A stretch of 64,000 nt of DNA from Callorhinchus milii (GCF_018977255.1 NW_024704763.1:7564001-7628000), one strand, 5' to 3'. Counted from the first letter of the stretch, positions 12,793 to 29,000 are shown. The notes: a model not told the origin generated them from the sequence alone. Numbers and translations: made by a program.

Positions 12793-13368
12793 AATCATAG
12801 AATCATATAGTACAGAAGGAGGCCATTCAGCCCATCGTGTCTGTGCCAGCTCTTTGAAAAGAGCTTCCAAATACCATTCCCCTGCTCTCTCCCCATAACC
12901 CTGCAAACTTGTTCTCGCCAAATAATTATCTAATTCTCTCATAAGAGCTGTTATCGAATCGGCTTCCCCCACCCTTTCACGCAATGCATTCCAGATCCGA
13001 ACAACTCGCTGTGTAAAAAAAAATTCTCCTCACCTCTCCTTTTTTTTTAAAAACAACTATTTTAAACCGGTGCCCTCGGGTTACCGACCCACCCACCAGT
13101 GGAAATAGTTTCTCCCTATCAAATCCCCTCATAATTTTGAAAACTTTTATTAAGTCTACTTGTAACCTCCTCTGCTACAAGGAGAATAATCCTAGCTTCT
13201 CTAGCCTCTCCCGATAACTGAAGTCACTCATTTCTGGTACCATCCTGGTAAATGTCTTTGCACTCTCTCCAATGCCTTGATATCCTTCCTAAAGTGTAGT
13301 GCCCAGAACTGAACACAGTACTCTGGCTGAGGTCTATCCAGTGTTTTATAAAGGTTCATCATAACATT
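12793..13368 (-). mobile_element. CR1 LINE 3' fragment
   Basis: Reverse complement of a CR1 tail (aatcatagaatc...gaaggaggccattcagcccatc) plus RT C-terminal coding remnants (ORF 12751-12984). Confidence 0.8.
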
Positions 13369-13660
13369 CATCAGGGTCATTCATTCAAATGTTTGAATCT
13401 TGAAATACTCAACATTGGAGAAAGTTACACAAATACTGGGCAGGCTAGCTTCAGTTTGGGATTTAGCCAGTTTGGCAGTAGCGACCATTTCCCGAGGATG
13501 CTTCCCCTTTGTTCAATATGAACATTATTCAAATTAGCAGGAAAGAACAGACAGATAATCATATTTGCACCTCCCACCTTCAGTTTTTCAAAACTGCACC
13601 AGAGTGGCAAAGGTGAGCCGAATTAATAGGGCAAGACACAAGTGATTTAGCCAATAATAG

Positions 13661-13771
13661 TTTCGCCCACAAAATACAGTCAATTCACTTTACAGTATAT
13701 TCTGTGAAGCACTTTGAGACGTCTTAACAATGTGATAAGGCAATATATCAAATGCAAGGATTATTATTATT
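13661..13771 (+). mobile_element. SINE 3' fragment
   Basis: tttcgcccacaaaatacagtcaattcac...atcaaatgcaaggattattattatt. Confidence 0.8.
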
Positions 13772-14004
13772 CATTTCTTCTAAAGGCTAGTTACAATAAT
13801 CTCAACATGGGCTCAACACCATTTGATGAATCTCCTAAAGAAGGCTCCCCAATTTCTCCTTAGATTAAGCTCCCCAAAGATAATCAAGCAAATGATAAAA
13901 TATCTAGCCATTGCTATACTTGTAGTAATTGTTCAGTTCACGTGGCTTGTCCTAAAAATTCAGGAAATTATACATTACTTATACTACGTTTCAAGACTCT
14001 CCTC

Positions 14005-14145
14005 TTCGACTATGTCTATGACCACCCTCCTACCCTCCCTTATCCCCACCTCCCATTCATCACGTTCCAAACCCTGACTATTCAGTGCCTTGGAACGTCC
14101 TCCCGACATGAAAGAGGCTATGCAAATGTAATTTTGCATTGTACA
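14005..14145 (+). mobile_element. Short L2 3' tail fragment
   Basis: cagtgccttggaacgtcctcccgacatgaaagaggctatgcaaatgtaattttg. Confidence 0.6.
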
Positions 14146-14418
14146 TTAAGCATTTCAATACCTCCTCATACTTTATTCTAACTTATTCAATCAAATGCGT
14201 AACCAGATAACATGAGCTACCTAGTGTTTGTTTGAACTATAAATGAGCATCAAAAACATCCTGAATTAGATTCATTGACTTGATGTTTCAGGGCCACTAA
14301 CAAATTTTTTTCTATGACGATTAACCGAGACAAAGCTTTTTACATATGATTCTCAGTCAACCCCCTTTTCATCATTCATTCCAGAAAGGAAATTCAAGGA
14401 CGTCTTCACAGTCCTCAC

Positions 14419-14596
14419 TTGTACTCGGTGATGTTTGAGGCTGATACATTTCTGGTTCCAGAAATCTCTTCCCCATTTTTCATCCAATAACTGCCACTAG
14501 TGGGGTTTGGTGCAGATGTCAGGTTGCAATGCAAGAAGACGACGATAGGATTCGAAGTTGGTAAAATAACTTCCTCAGATGGATTGATCCGTGGTT
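14419..14596 (-). CDS. NPTN: Neuroplastin exon 3 (start of Ig2): (K/E)PRINPSEEVILPTSNPIVVFLHCNLTSAPNPTSGSYWMKNGEEISGTRNVSASNITEY(K)
   Basis: Acceptor ctgtatgttccag, donor gtgagg, 178 nt, phase 1 to 2. Matches human PRIVTSEEV...LQCNLTS...SYWTKNG. Confidence 0.93.
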
Positions 14597-17500
14597 CTGG
14601 AACATACAGAGCAGAATATAAGTTACTGGAATCAACACTGGCGCTGAATGGGCTGCAAATATAGCCAACCTCCAAAACTCATCAGCCAAAAAGTGTTTCA
14701 ATGAATCAGTTACTTGTCTTTTACAAAGCTATTGTTTCAAAACAGTTTATCCACAGATGTGCGCTAATTAGTGCTGCAATGAAAGCTATCACTAACTTTT
14801 ACTATTTTGTAAAATACTAATATACTCATTACAAGTGATTATGCTCCATGGAAGTTCATTACTATAAGTTTATGCTCCATGGAATAATAACAGTAGTTGA
14901 ATTCAAATGACTGGGATGAATGTTCTACTGCTAGTTTTAGAGGGTTAAATCCAAACATAGTTTCAACGGCATCATGTCATCTTGTTTATCAACCTTAAAG
15001 GTTATAATATACAAAAGGCTGGTTTGCAAGCACTCCATTGCTGGACGCTCTCAGCATCGGGAACATTCTTTGCAACATGGCTTAATGCTGTTGCCCAGGC
15101 TCTCTACTTACCGACTGCAGTTACTGTCATAAAGACATCAATCAGGACGGAAACATGATTTATTTTGCACATTACGTTAACAATCAAAGTTACAAGCAGT
15201 ACAATAAACCTTTCAGGTTTATTTGAGCTTTCAGGGGAAGATCAAATTAATAAACTGTGGGAAATCAAAGCCTTCAAACTATTATTGTTAATAACAATAA
15301 TAATAACTTTATTGTTGGGTTGGTCACAAGTCGTTAACCCTTTGAGTATAGATGTCCACTTACTATTATACTATCAAAAAATAAATTCCATTTAAGACAG
15401 CTTTGATTCTCTTATCTGTTGTTTACAATACAGAATTCATATTTCCTCGAAAGCAGCAACAGTATCTTGTACATTTGATGCAGAACTATCAACTGTTCAA
15501 GGGTTATATAAAACACCCAATGGTATTTGTCAAATAATTTGTGGACTTTGTCAAAGAAGCTGAGTTACACAACAGAGCAAGAACATAACAAAAAGCAACC
15601 ATCCCAGCTAAAGAAAATGTAAAAATAAATTATAAAAACAATGAAAATAAACATTTTTATCAAAAAGGCCATAAGTTGTACATGGCCAATACCTTCCACA
15701 GTGTGCTGAAACAGACATTCATTCAAGTGCTGAAATCCTTTCCGATTGAAATATGCAATTTACCATCAATGCAAAAATTTTCGTAAAAACTCATAATAGA
15801 ATTAGTTTAATGGAATTAAATTATTTTGTTTAAAAAAATCTGAAGAAACTTAGAGGGTAGCTGCAATATATTATATGAATGCAACAGATTAGATGAACAG
15901 CTCAGAACTTATTTGGCGTATTAAACAAAATGCAAATACATCAGATGGATACACAGATTTCAGTCCATTTACGGCGTAGATTCTTCCCTCAAATTCCTAC
16001 AAGCATACAAATGTTGATGCATTATAGCATAAAGCATTTTCATGCTAAAGAGTGGTTGTATGGATTATTCTGTCAAAAAGTCACATGGAAATATACAGAA
16101 GGTACCTTGGCTCTCTTCTCAGAATATTTAACATTTGAGCTTTTCTATGTAGATATGTTGCATGAATTCTGTACTCATCAATATTTTACCCCTACTCCAT
16201 TAAGAATGCTGCTGATATATTGAAATTACTGAAGCTCACTGCAGGAGAGGCAAATTTAATACATATACACAATTAAATATACATACTGCATTTTAAATTT
16301 GCTTACTTAATCATCTTAGGTAAGGAACTATCAAAGAAATGCAACACTGTCCTCCTGACAAGTAAACTGTATCATGAGTTACTTGCCAGAACATTGTAGT
16401 GTTAACTGGGGACTTGGACTATCTGTGGCAATGAATGGCACTTACGGCTATATACATACAGTCAAACATGTGTAAAATGTGTAATCCATGCTGCCTCTTG
16501 TACCATCACCGCCATCTGTTTTCCAATCAAAACTGAATGGTAGTACGAGAGATAGTACACATATTAAGAGGAAAGCAATGAATGCATATGCACAGCATCA
16601 ACATTGCTAAATTGGAGTTTTGAAGATCTTACTAATCAGTTTGAATAAAATGCTTGCTGATTTTCTATTCCTGTAAAACCATCAACTTGGAAAACAAAAC
16701 AATCAAAGTAAAACATGCATATGGAAATACATTTGTGGCGTCATAATATATTGCAGCTTTAAAGATCAGGTTGTGATCTCACTTGATTTTTACTGAGTTG
16801 CTTGACAGGCATCATAACGGACTGCAGAGTAGGCCTGAGCAGTAAAACTACACATCGTGAATTGTACATTACTTTAACAGGCTCCCATTTGGCACTTTAC
16901 AGGCTGGTTTTACACTGATAGATGAACCTGCCAAAATGTTTGGTTTTACCTTTCCATTGCTATCAATTTGCCATTGAAGTATCATCTGCATTTGGACACA
17001 AAGATCCAGTGCATTTTAATAGAAAGCTACATCTCCTGGTGATTTTGTGCAAGTTATGACTTTGTTGTCAATTTATCGACCCCAGCCAGTATAAACGTCA
17101 AAGAGAAGCACTGTATACATTTCACCACGTTACACTGAAAAGCAATCACTATTAATATTGCAGTCACTAAATCTCAAAGACATGATCCCATTAAAACTTT
17201 GGCTTTCAGAACTATCACCACTAGGAAATATCTGACAGACAGACAGACAGACTAGCACAACAACTATACTCTTGGGAACAAGAGACGGGTAAGAGCATAG
17301 TTAATGCATGGGGTAAACGAATCTGCCAATAACAGGATCATTGTCTTCAGTGTCTACTCACCAATGAAACTGGTCTTTGTCGTCCTATTTTAGCTAGTTG
17401 AGTAACTTACCACTACTACTGAAAAAAACAAAGGATTCTATGCAAGTGTTTGGTAAATGGTGTAACAGTTTCATCTCGTCCAAAACGCTAAGAGAAACTC

Positions 17501-19723
17501 CCAAACCTGAAAGCTTTTATAATGCGACATCTCCAATTCTGAATTTGACTGTTCCCCACTATCCAGGGTGTTTAAAAGGAGGCTGGCTTAATTGATAAGC
17601 AGCACAAAAGGTTTTGGAGTCTGCAGCTTGATCTTTGGTAACTAAACCAGGGTTTTAAGCTTCCCTCCATTCAAATTTGTTTTCTTCTCCTAAAGGTACA
17701 GTACTTTCTCAAACTGGGATAAACTAGTATTAACAATAGTAGAAAGCTGTTGCAACTTCTCCCGAATGCTTAGACCTTGTCTGGTTAGATACGGGGCAAA
17801 GAATTGTTTTTAAGAAAGTCTCAGATTTTATGGTAGATGCAATTTAAACACCCATCTCAGGGCAGTAAAATGTTCATTTAGAAACAAAATAAGAACAGGT
17901 GTTTCACAAATCTGACATTTGGACTTTTGAGGTCTGTTGAAATGACTTAACTGTTAGACCTAGTCTGAAGCACTTTTGAAAATCTATGCCACCACCTACC
18001 TTCAATGAAGCACGGACTTGTAACAAAATGGCAGAAATGCAATTTTCTATTCCCTGGGTCTCTTTCCACCCCAAGATTTTTTTGGGTGTCATTCTCAGGA
18101 AAAAATATGGAATTAAGAACTGTGAGCTGAGCTCTCAATCAATCTAAAGATTAACAACACTGGATTTCATGAAAATTACATAGATGTAGGTGATGATCAT
18201 CAGTAATAGAAAGATGGTTTGACACTTGCAGTGTCCAAAAAGAACATATAGAGTATTTGTTAAGGTTAAATAAATAAAATAGCCCATCTGTTCAAGTAGA
18301 TATTTATTTCTAGAAACACTTTGAAAGTTGACGATGAGAACAGTATTAAGTTGCCAACAGCAGAGGATCATTAGTGACCATAACCACCTTGAAATTAAAA
18401 TTAAAACGCCTACTAATATTGCTTTATTTGGGTTGGTTAAATTGTTTTGAGTTTGAGGATATTTGAAGCTTTCAGATTCCATTAAAAGCACACTCTGATA
18501 CTCAGCAAATCGATTTTGTTTCACACAAAAAAAAGCATCCACACTGGGTGCCCAAAGTTAGGAGGTTTGATATGGTGTATGAGTAGAATTCAAGTCTTTT
18601 TTATGTTGGATGTATATTATTTAGCAAAATATATTTCATACAATTTGCAGTTCTGAAGTGAAAACCTGGGTACAACTTTTAAGCCAAGGTTGTTGTATAG
18701 CAGCCAAAACAATAAAAAAAAGTATTATGTTTGGTACAACTTTAGCAATTGTTTGGTGCATATACATCTGCAGGAAGCTTGCTGCCTAGGTCAGACCACT
18801 CCTAGCGATGCGAGACATTCAATGATCACAGGTAGACTTAGATTGTACTGCTTATTGCTACAGTTTGATTCATTTCGCCCTCAGGATATGGAACAAAAAG
18901 CTGCCTCATTTAAGAGGCAGCTGAATCTTAGCAGCCATTAACACACAAAGAGACTACGAGAGCTATTTAAATAGTGAAACTCCACTTAACGTCCGCTTAA
19001 TGCCCTGTAATTCCTTATTTAGGATAATTAACTGAGATAGCGAGTACGCTAAACAATTCCAGCTCTGCATTATAATGGTGGTTTTCAAAAATCTTATTTT
19101 TGAAACCACATTACAATAATGTTTCTGCCCCGCTAGCCACAGAAACCTATTAGCATTCAGAGTGCCTCGCTTTGCAGTTCGCTATGCCATCTGTCTAGCA
19201 TCCAGCATACAATACCTATATACAAACACCCACACATTCAACAGCACTCCAGAAGCTGGTCTCAGCTGCTTCAAAAAGAAAATTGATCAGTTAGATTTTT
19301 CATCTAAAAAAACTAAAAGGCTCAATATGAATACCAACAACAAAAAAACTACTACTACAAAGCTCACAATTTTACCAGAGAATGTGTTTACTTAGAAAGG
19401 GTCAGGATCTGGTCAGAAACATTACAGTTCACACTATACGGATAAAGCTGAACTAGCTACAACAGCAGCAAGGTCTAAATTCTAGGTTTCTTCTAATAAG
19501 GAGTTGCACATACTGGAAGACATCATCAGGGAGAGGCAAGGCACCTTGCAACAATACAAGCAGTTCTGGAGTACTAAAGGGGAACGGAGGTCTACAATGG
19601 TGTAACGCAGAAGGGTAGGTTTTTTTGGAGGAGACAAGATATGGGGGGGTGGGGGGGGGTGCGAAATGACACAGGAACACATACTATTGGTCTTTTTCAC
19701 CAATGGTATGTACAGGACCACTA

Positions 19724-20122
<399 letters not shown>

Positions 20123-22714
20123 TCAAAGCAGCCTTAATCTAGGAGAATACTCTTAACTTTAGAGAGGTTATAACAAAGAGTTCATTCTAAGAAGTTAACT
20201 ATCAGTACATTTAGCTTAAGGAAAGCACATCACAATATTTGGTACAGAAATGGAAAGTGGCGTATTATGAATTGCACAATGTGGGATTTTTAATGGTGTT
20301 CAGGTATTGCAAACTTGATAAGAGTAATTGCAATGAAGAACTTTTAAGTGGGAAAAACAAATACTGCAATTTCTCTAGCAGTTACCCATCCATGGGAAGT
20401 TTAAGCTTTTCCAGATTTAGTTTTGGAAGCAATATGCAGGTTCTAGACAGTAGTAAGATGAGTGTTTCAACAATTTCCAGCCCAGTGAGAAACCATGCAG
20501 TCTAGTCCTGCAGGTGCACAAAATGTGCCCTGGTTTGCATTATAAGCTTTTGATTCACACACTTTCTACCAAAATATACATTTAAGAAAGTTTTGAAAAC
20601 CACGATCTTCAAAGTGCAATCACACACTTTTATCACATTAATCAATGAGCACAATTTCATCCCCAAGAATGTTAATATTAGAAAAAAAATTGCACTATCG
20701 TGGTCTTAAAGACTTAGATGATTGGTAAACAATGTCCTTGGGTAGATTTGATTGTGTGATGATCTGTCTGCACTGAAATTGCATTGGATAAAATTTAATG
20801 ATAAAATGACTGCGGCGATGAGGTAGGTTTGTCAAATGATTATTTTATACAAAACAGATGGTGGCCAGGAATTGCCTTGAAAAGACAACTAATCACCAAT
20901 GAATTATTCTGGCTGAGATGCCAGTTGTTGCATTTTGGTGCAGTTACCATCATCTAATGCATCAAGGGCGATTGAATGAATGTAAGTGGACCACAGTACA
21001 AATTGAATAATTCAAACTGGAACTATTAGAAAAGGGGAAGATATTAAATATACTCTGTTAAGAAGACAACAACTATTCTAATGTTTTGGAACTCCACAAG
21101 TGTGCAAACTAGGATATTTAAGGCAGCACAATAAGAAGCTGGTTTCAATGTGTGGAAGTGGCTAGCCTGACACCATCTATAGGCAAATATTTTGGATTGT
21201 TAGTTAACTAGCTACTGTTCTAACTAACATGATCTTTTTTTCCTCCCATAATAGACTTCATACAATGAAGATCAGTTAAGACTGCTGAAGGATACGCACT
21301 GGACTGGAAATAGATCTAATATCCTTGCATATAAATTCACATGAATTATAAATATAAATTCAGTAACTTTCCCAATTCTGTACTTTTTTTTACTCAATTT
21401 AACATAACCAACTGTATTATACCCAATGTCACAGGAAACAAAGACACAAATAAGCCACTTGATTCATTTTATTGCACTGGGAAATCTGACTAGAGGTACC
21501 CATTTCCTTAATGAGTACTGGATCCAGCTTCAAGCCATTTGAAAAGAGGTGATATAAACCTCTCAAGGATACACGATTCAAATAAACATTTATTCTGAGC
21601 AATCTGACTGAATAAAACACTGCACATACTGTAGAGCTTGCAACATTCACTGCACTGGATGGAATGTGCAAAGCGGAGTTAACAACAAATTGCATTTATG
21701 CAGTGCCTTTCACGTCAGGAGGACGTCCCAGGTCACATCTAAATGCATATTACTGTAGTAACAAAATAAAATCTTAAAACAAAAAAATAAATTAAATATT
21801 AAGGTTACAATAAATTACAACCCAAGATATAAGGCACTGATATTGGAAAACAATTAATAGGTTGGAAAGATAAATTTCAAACTGTATATGGGTCAGAAGT
21901 AGCTGCCAATTGGTACACTTGCTGCACATCTGTACCTACTGATTAGTCCATGGGCACAATAACAAATTAATGAAAATAAAATCCTCACTCTATCTAGCGA
22001 ATCACTTAATGGGCCGTATATCCCAGAAAGATTTAATCAAATGAGTTTACTTGCAAAAGCCTTCTACGTTACAGCTGAGAAGGTAGCACACTTAGAAACC
22101 ATTTCAAAACAAGTATTTTTAAGAGCACGAACATCAGTTGCCATGCTCCAGCAGTGACGGGCCGCTTGAACTGCCAGTATTCCATACCAACTGAGAATGC
22201 AGGCATGGTATGGTACAGTACACAAGATTTAATCAGTTGACTGCCAGAAAAGGCACCACCAAAGGGAAGAGCATTGAGTGGTAATTCAACCTCTTTGCTA
22301 GCAATTCTAAAGTTGGACCTATATAGTCACTTTGATTTGCTTTCAGCTAACTCCTGTCTAAAGGCAACAATGTGCGTGCAGGTTAAGAGGTTCTGGTCTC
22401 ATACAATGTTCTGCTACAAGTACCAGACAATTATTGTAAAGTAATTAACCTCCTTAAAACCATAAATAGCATTGATGCAGACTGTGAAAGGACTACTTTG
22501 CAGCATTGAAGTAATCTTTTGGATCCTAACTTTGATAAAGACAGATAGAAAATGTGTGTTTGAAAACCAAAACCTGCCATCATCTAAATCAGACTTCAGT
22601 TGGAAGAAACTTGGCAGTTATAAACTTCAACTTGGAGTGGGCAAAGGGGCAGTTTACTGAAGAAATCTACTCCGTTCCCTTCTGTTAAATAAACCACTTA
22701 TATAGTTTTATGCC

Positions 22715-22900
22715 ACATAAGAATTTGCTAGGCAAATGAAGACCAAAGTTCATCCTGTTCTCCTTCCACCATCCTGGCAGTCGCTTGACATGTCGTCTCC
22801 CAAACTATTAAATGAGATTATTTTCCAGTAGAAATCTATCTAATTTGTTCTTGAAACAAATAACATTTTCTGCTTCCACTGTCCCTAGATTTACACTTAT
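22715..22900 (-). mobile_element. Old CR1-like 3' remnant
   Basis: acataagaatttg...gaagaccaaag motif, similar to 62867-63075. Confidence 0.4.
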
Positions 22901-25764
22901 TTAGCCACATTAGATATAGTTGCAGTAGATTACTGAAGCTCCTTACACAACTAAGAAAATTACATATGGTAACCAATGGCAACTTCTCAAATTTGTCTAA
23001 GTTTTTCAATTCAATGTAATTTATCATTAAAAAAATATTTTCTGAATTGTTTAAAAAAACAATTAAAACTCTGCATGACGGTATTGCTCCACAAGATAGA
23101 ATCCAGCCAATCAACCTCCACCATAGAACTTACTAATGTCCGCGTTGCTACATGTTTTGTTATACTGAATTTGCAGATTACAGCAGCTGGGTTTCAAGTC
23201 TTTCTTGTAACGGTCAGCGTGAGGCTTAAAAATACACAGCAGGCCTTAATTTACAAAAATAAATCAAATGAATCAGGCATGAGTAACTCACTCAATCCTC
23301 AACATGGATAGCTATCTGTCTAATATCACTCCAATCTCAGTGAAGCCTCTCTTGCCCCCTCAATGTGAACAGAATGTGCTGCTAACTGCAAATTATTTCT
23401 TACACAACCATCAATTATATTGATCTTTACTGTGCCGTCACACATCAACATGTCAGCTTTGGGACAAAAATAGAGCCAATAATAAATAAAAATTTATAAA
23501 AAGCAGAATAGCAATGTACTTTCTGGGCTCAAATTAAAAGATATAGATAGCTGATTCATTCAGACTTACAATTTTGTGTCATAACCTGACTTAGGGAATG
23601 CTTGATGCTGAAAATGGATGTCAATGTAGGCACATTCCCAGTGTAGGCACATTTTTTTTTTAAATGGTGTGAAATCAACTGCACATTTCACTGGACTGAA
23701 CAAGATTATACTGACAGTACAAAAGAGCACATTTGAAAAGTGTACTGTACCTGAACTCTTATATCAAGCTGAATTTCATGGACCTCTAGACATATTTTTC
23801 ACACAAATAAAATACTTTCAATCTTTGATTTAGAGAAGGCAAACCAATCAAATTATGAAATATATCCCCATTATACTAGGTCAGCATTACTGTCGTTTGA
23901 TCATTTTTCAAACTGAACACACACTAAAAAGTGTAGCATAAATATAGAATTAAGACCATCAAGTGGCCAGTTCTCCTCAGCTCCCAGCTACAAAGATTTG
24001 GAACAGGAAATTTAAATTCCCCGTTCTTAATTGCTCCGCTACTGTACGTGGTAAATAACTCCAGCTGTATTAAAATGGTCATTGGGTGCAACTAGCCATT
24101 GGTGCAGACATATTCACCCAACCAACGTAGTTGTAATAAGTATTCAGTCATACACTACAAACAAAAGAAAACAATGTTTTTTTTTCTCTCAAAATCAGCA
24201 AACACTGCCCGTAGAGTGAAGGAGGTAAGTTTGGTGTGAAACCGTCTCATAAACACACATTTTATCCTTTGTTGCTTTGTAGTTATATTGATGTTTACAG
24301 TTTATTTGAGAACCTGCAGTACAGAACCAGAATTAGACTGCAGATATCTTGGCACAGTTTCAAGTGGTTACTAAAAACAAAGACTGGTGAACCAACAAGC
24401 TCATAAAGCAATGAAGCCAAGAGAGCAAAATGGGCTGTGCTGATCTGAGGGCACAAGATTCAAGGGAAGTCTGCTGAATATAGTAATTATTTGACGCCTG
24501 CTGTTGCTGCAATAGAGCTTCAATCCAGTGGTGAACAAGGACAAGAGAGAGAGAGAGCATAAGATGATGTTAATTATACATTGTTTCTGTGGGCAGACAT
24601 TGCATGTGTATATTACATCTCCATGCTAATGTCCTAATTAATTCTATTGAAAAAATCTATTACCCTTTATAAAATGCAAACATGTAGCAAGATGAGCAGA
24701 AATCTAGATATGCTTCTGCTATTATTTCTACAGAACTCCTATAGAATAGGATCCAAGTGTCCTGGTTATTGTAGTATACATCTACCCATATAAAGCCTGA
24801 AATAAAACCACATAGTTCCCAATAGTAAAAAGGCAATTAAAATATTTTTAAAATGAATAGAATAACTTGCTAGTTCATTATTCTCAAGTTTCTACTTCAA
24901 TCCAAAATCTGGAAGTGGATTCATTTTAAAAAAGAAATGGTGATACCTTCACACATGGCTGGCCATAGAGTAAATAGAGTTAAATGCTGCCATATCTGTA
25001 TTACAAATCAGAATTCTGATCAAATGATTAGTTAAAACTAAAGATATTAATAATAGTCCTTGGAACATCTGACATTTCAAGAAATGCTCAACAAAATATA
25101 CTGTCCTCTACAAGGTCATCAATAAGCACAAAGAGACATTTGAGAATGCAGGATTGAAGATATTGTTTCTTCAGTTGGTCGCAGAACTCTATACGCAAAA
25201 CTGATGTGAAATGCTACAGTGCAATAGTGTAATAATTAGTTAATTCCCTGTGCTAGAATATAATGCCAATTCAACCTTGAATTGTCATAGGTAATTCTAA
25301 GAACTTATCTATAATGTTGGTGCTCTAAGATAATACACTATCTATTTTCACATTCATTTTTAAACATGTATTTTATTTCTGCAGAGCGTGATATCTCACT
25401 TTTTACTTTTATGCTCAAAACAGGGAATCAATTTGTATAATTTAAAAAGGGCAAAATACCTTGGAAGCAAACTTAAGCTCAAGCTTATTAAGACTAAAAA
25501 CCCATTTTAGTTTTTTTAAGTGTTGTTTAGTTGAAGCTAATTAATTGGAGTGATGTCCTGAGTCAGCCTGGTTGTACTAATCTGGAATAAGTCATGTCAA
25601 GGTTGGCAAGGATGAATAATGACTAACACAGCTCAGAATAGAAATCCATTGCATTTCTGATGTTCTTGTGAGGGAAATGATTATAGCCTTGCATTTCATC
25701 CATGATAAATGTTGTAATAAGAACTGGCCTTTTTAGAATAATCATCTCATTTTAAGAAGATTGT

Positions 25765-26090
25765 GGAGTCCTGTAGCTCAGTGGTTAGAGCACTCACTTT
25801 GCAAGTGAGAGACCTGAGTTCAATTCCAGGCAGAGGGCGAAACCTTGGGCAAGTTTCCTTAATCCACACAAAGCCTAATAATAATCCCTCCAAAACCACA
25901 AACAATAATAAATTGGTCATTTTCAATCTATGACTGTTTGTGGGACATTGCTGTGTGCAATTGGCTGCCGCGTTCGCCCACAAATATACAGTCAATTCAC
26001 TTTACACTGTGTTCTGTGAAGCGCTTTGGGACGTCCTCCCGACGTGAAGAGCGCTATATCAAATGCAAGGATTATTATTATTATTATTGT
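25765..26090 (+). mobile_element. Full-length young tRNA-derived Deu SINE (short variant)
   Basis: Same head/core/tail as 11094 copy; probable TSD attgt (25760-25764, 26086-26090). Confidence 0.92.
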
Positions 26091-29000
26091 AATTTTCAGT
26101 CAGATTCTTAACTGTTAAGAGTAAATAAGGTACTTCATGCATTTTATCAATTTGCTGTATTTTGCCTTCACATCATGTTGAATATAATTATTTCAAATAA
26201 TAGGAGTAAAAACCCACAGGTTTAATGGCCAGGTAGAAGTACCAGATTGTTCCTGAAGAAGCCAGGGCTCAAATCCAAATCCCAGTGCGCATCGTCAGTG
26301 ATTTGCTGGGAAACTAGACAAGTGCTCGCTACAATTGCACCTGCTCCATTTTGAGTATGTAAGGAAGAATATAATGATTTCCAGGGCTTCAATGCTGCAC
26401 TACAATAAAGGACACTGTTTAACTATCCTGGAGCAACAAGGAGAGCAATCCCCCTTTAAAAAGGTTGTATTAAAAATAGAGAAAGAGCAAGATGATACAG
26501 CATTAACCTTCTCTTCAAAACAGTGGCATATTTTTAAAAGCTTCAAGAGGATTTGTAATACCCACATGGATGTGGGCTAAATTTAATGTAGACTGAACGT
26601 CAATGACATTATAAAATTGCTACCTAGTCAATTCTGCAGTTTTACACTCATGAAATGACATTTTCTAATCTGTTACTAACTGTTTTTGTTACAACAGACA
26701 AGAAAAATATTACAAGGGTGGCACTGGAACGCAGCAGGATCTAGCTTTACATTTGGCAGGGGCTAGACAGCCATTTTCCATTCTGGATTATTTTCCATTC
26801 GGATGGTGTTACACATGTGATTATAGAAGGTATTAAAGTTGCAAATTGCATGAACAGAAGTTTAATGCTGGGATTCTATCCCTGAATTTAAGGGCAGCCT
26901 TGTGTTGGAAAGTAGATAGAGAAAGGAATTGATAACAGTGAGGCTAAAAACAACCTTATGTCTTAACATCTGGAGTTCGGAATCAACTCTAAGTTAGTCT
27001 ATATTTTCCCAGACTAAAGAAAGTTCAGATTTTTTTTCCAGTTAAGTATAAATGACATTTTAAAGCAGGTTTTTAGAAAAACGTAGCACTTGCGTTCACC
27101 ACAAGCAGGTTTTCGCCACAATTTCTCCCACTCAAGATTCTCAAAGTACTTTGGAATTTGCAACACGTACACAACTTGAAAAGATACGTTTACGGTTTCC
27201 CAATGCAAAATGGAAATTGGAATGAAACTGATGCATAAATTCAAAGCCTTCCAGTCAACTGAATTATTTTTGAAATAATCAGCTTATAACTATCAAGACC
27301 AATAGTCACTAAAAGATAGTAACCAGAATATAGGCTGTTACAATGCTATCAGTTTAGCATTGCATCTGAAACTACAAAGTATAGATTAGCATTGTCGCTA
27401 CTGTACATGGGAGGTTACAAAACTACAAAACAGTTGCTGTTAGAGATTCTTGAAGCAAAATTGTAGTCCCTATTCCCCGATGTTTGCAAAATCTATTGAA
27501 TGAAATATTGCCATAATCCAGCTGCCATAGCAATATTAGTAAAACGAATTTGGCCACTCAACACATCCACACGCACAACAATCATGAATGCCTAATATCT
27601 TTAAGTTACATTAACTATCTTCAGAATGTCCTGGAGACATGCTATGAACAACGTTTTCCATGTTCAAGTGCATTGGGACACTCCTTGAACATGTCACTCA
27701 TCAGCTCAAAGAAACTGAGTTCTCATTAAAGAACACAAGTGCACTTTTCCAACCGTGGGGACAAAGGAAAAGGAAACCATATTGAAGGCAGTTATAAATG
27801 AACAAAAAAAATGAAAATAACTACAGTATGTGAAAGCCAGTTAGAGGAATGAAAATACTGCAATAAGCGTAAAATGAATCAAGTTTTAATCAAAGTAATC
27901 AATACTATACCTGTTTCCTTGCCCTTAAAGAGAACACACATTTGCCAGAAAATGAAGTTTTGCAGTTATGCATAGCAAAAACAAATCAATCAAATACAAT
28001 ATGTTGTTCGAACAAAGACTTCAGGGCTAGAATAATTTCACAATATTAGTCTCAAACCAGTTTAATAATTGAAGCCTTAAAACCAACTTATTGCAACATC
28101 CCGGGGCTGATATTACTGTGGTAATGCATATCTGCAATAAACATTTCATGGTGTTTGTTTCATTAATGTATCATGCAAGACAATATCAAATGTACATTTA
28201 ACTGTCAAGCTTCTGCAGTAACCTAGCAATGCATTACTTTGCTTATGACAGATTAATTCAATATGACTCCAATCTGAATTTAAATTTGTTGTGTAGACTC
28301 ATTTTCTCTGCAGCATTAAAATGGCTACCAACACCAGACCTCAATATAGAAGATATAACTCAACAAATTTGCCTACCAAAAGCAGTAAGCCTTGAATCCA
28401 TGCCAATCTTTTACACCACTTTACATCACAGCTCTTATGCCACACTGTTTCATATCATTCAACCCATGGCGTAATTGTTACTTCACAAAGCAAGTACATT
28501 TCAATTTGAAGGCACCAAACGGAGGTACTGTATGATCTAACAGGCAGCAAAGGAGATATGAGCGTTCAAAGCAATGTAAATGGCAATTGCACGTATAAAC
28601 ATTTTGTGCTAACCAATGCATTCTTGGTCGAATGTACAGCCTGTGTTTTGCTGGGAGTCTATGAAATCAAAATGAGTTTGAGAGTTGTCATATAAACAGA
28701 GCAAAACATTCATGTTGCAAACACATTTGGAAATGCAAACTTCAAATGCAAATTGATTTTTTTTAAACCAAAATCAAACTGAAATGCCCTCTGGAATTTA
28801 ACCTCAATACACTTCCCCCAAGGCCTGAATCATTTAATTTCACTACTAATCCACTGAACCATGCAAACCTAGATAGCCCCTCGTTCAACCCCCATCTAAG
28901 AAAAAAGCATACATCACAAAAGTTCTACCCCAACAAACTCATCGCACAAAACCTATTTCAATTCCACTATCTCCTGGAAGAATGTTCTACATTTTTCTCT

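Noticed and set aside
27659-27693. 10-bp perfect hairpin CATGTTCAAG/CTTGAACATG
   Set aside because: One or two such stems are expected by chance in 64 kb.
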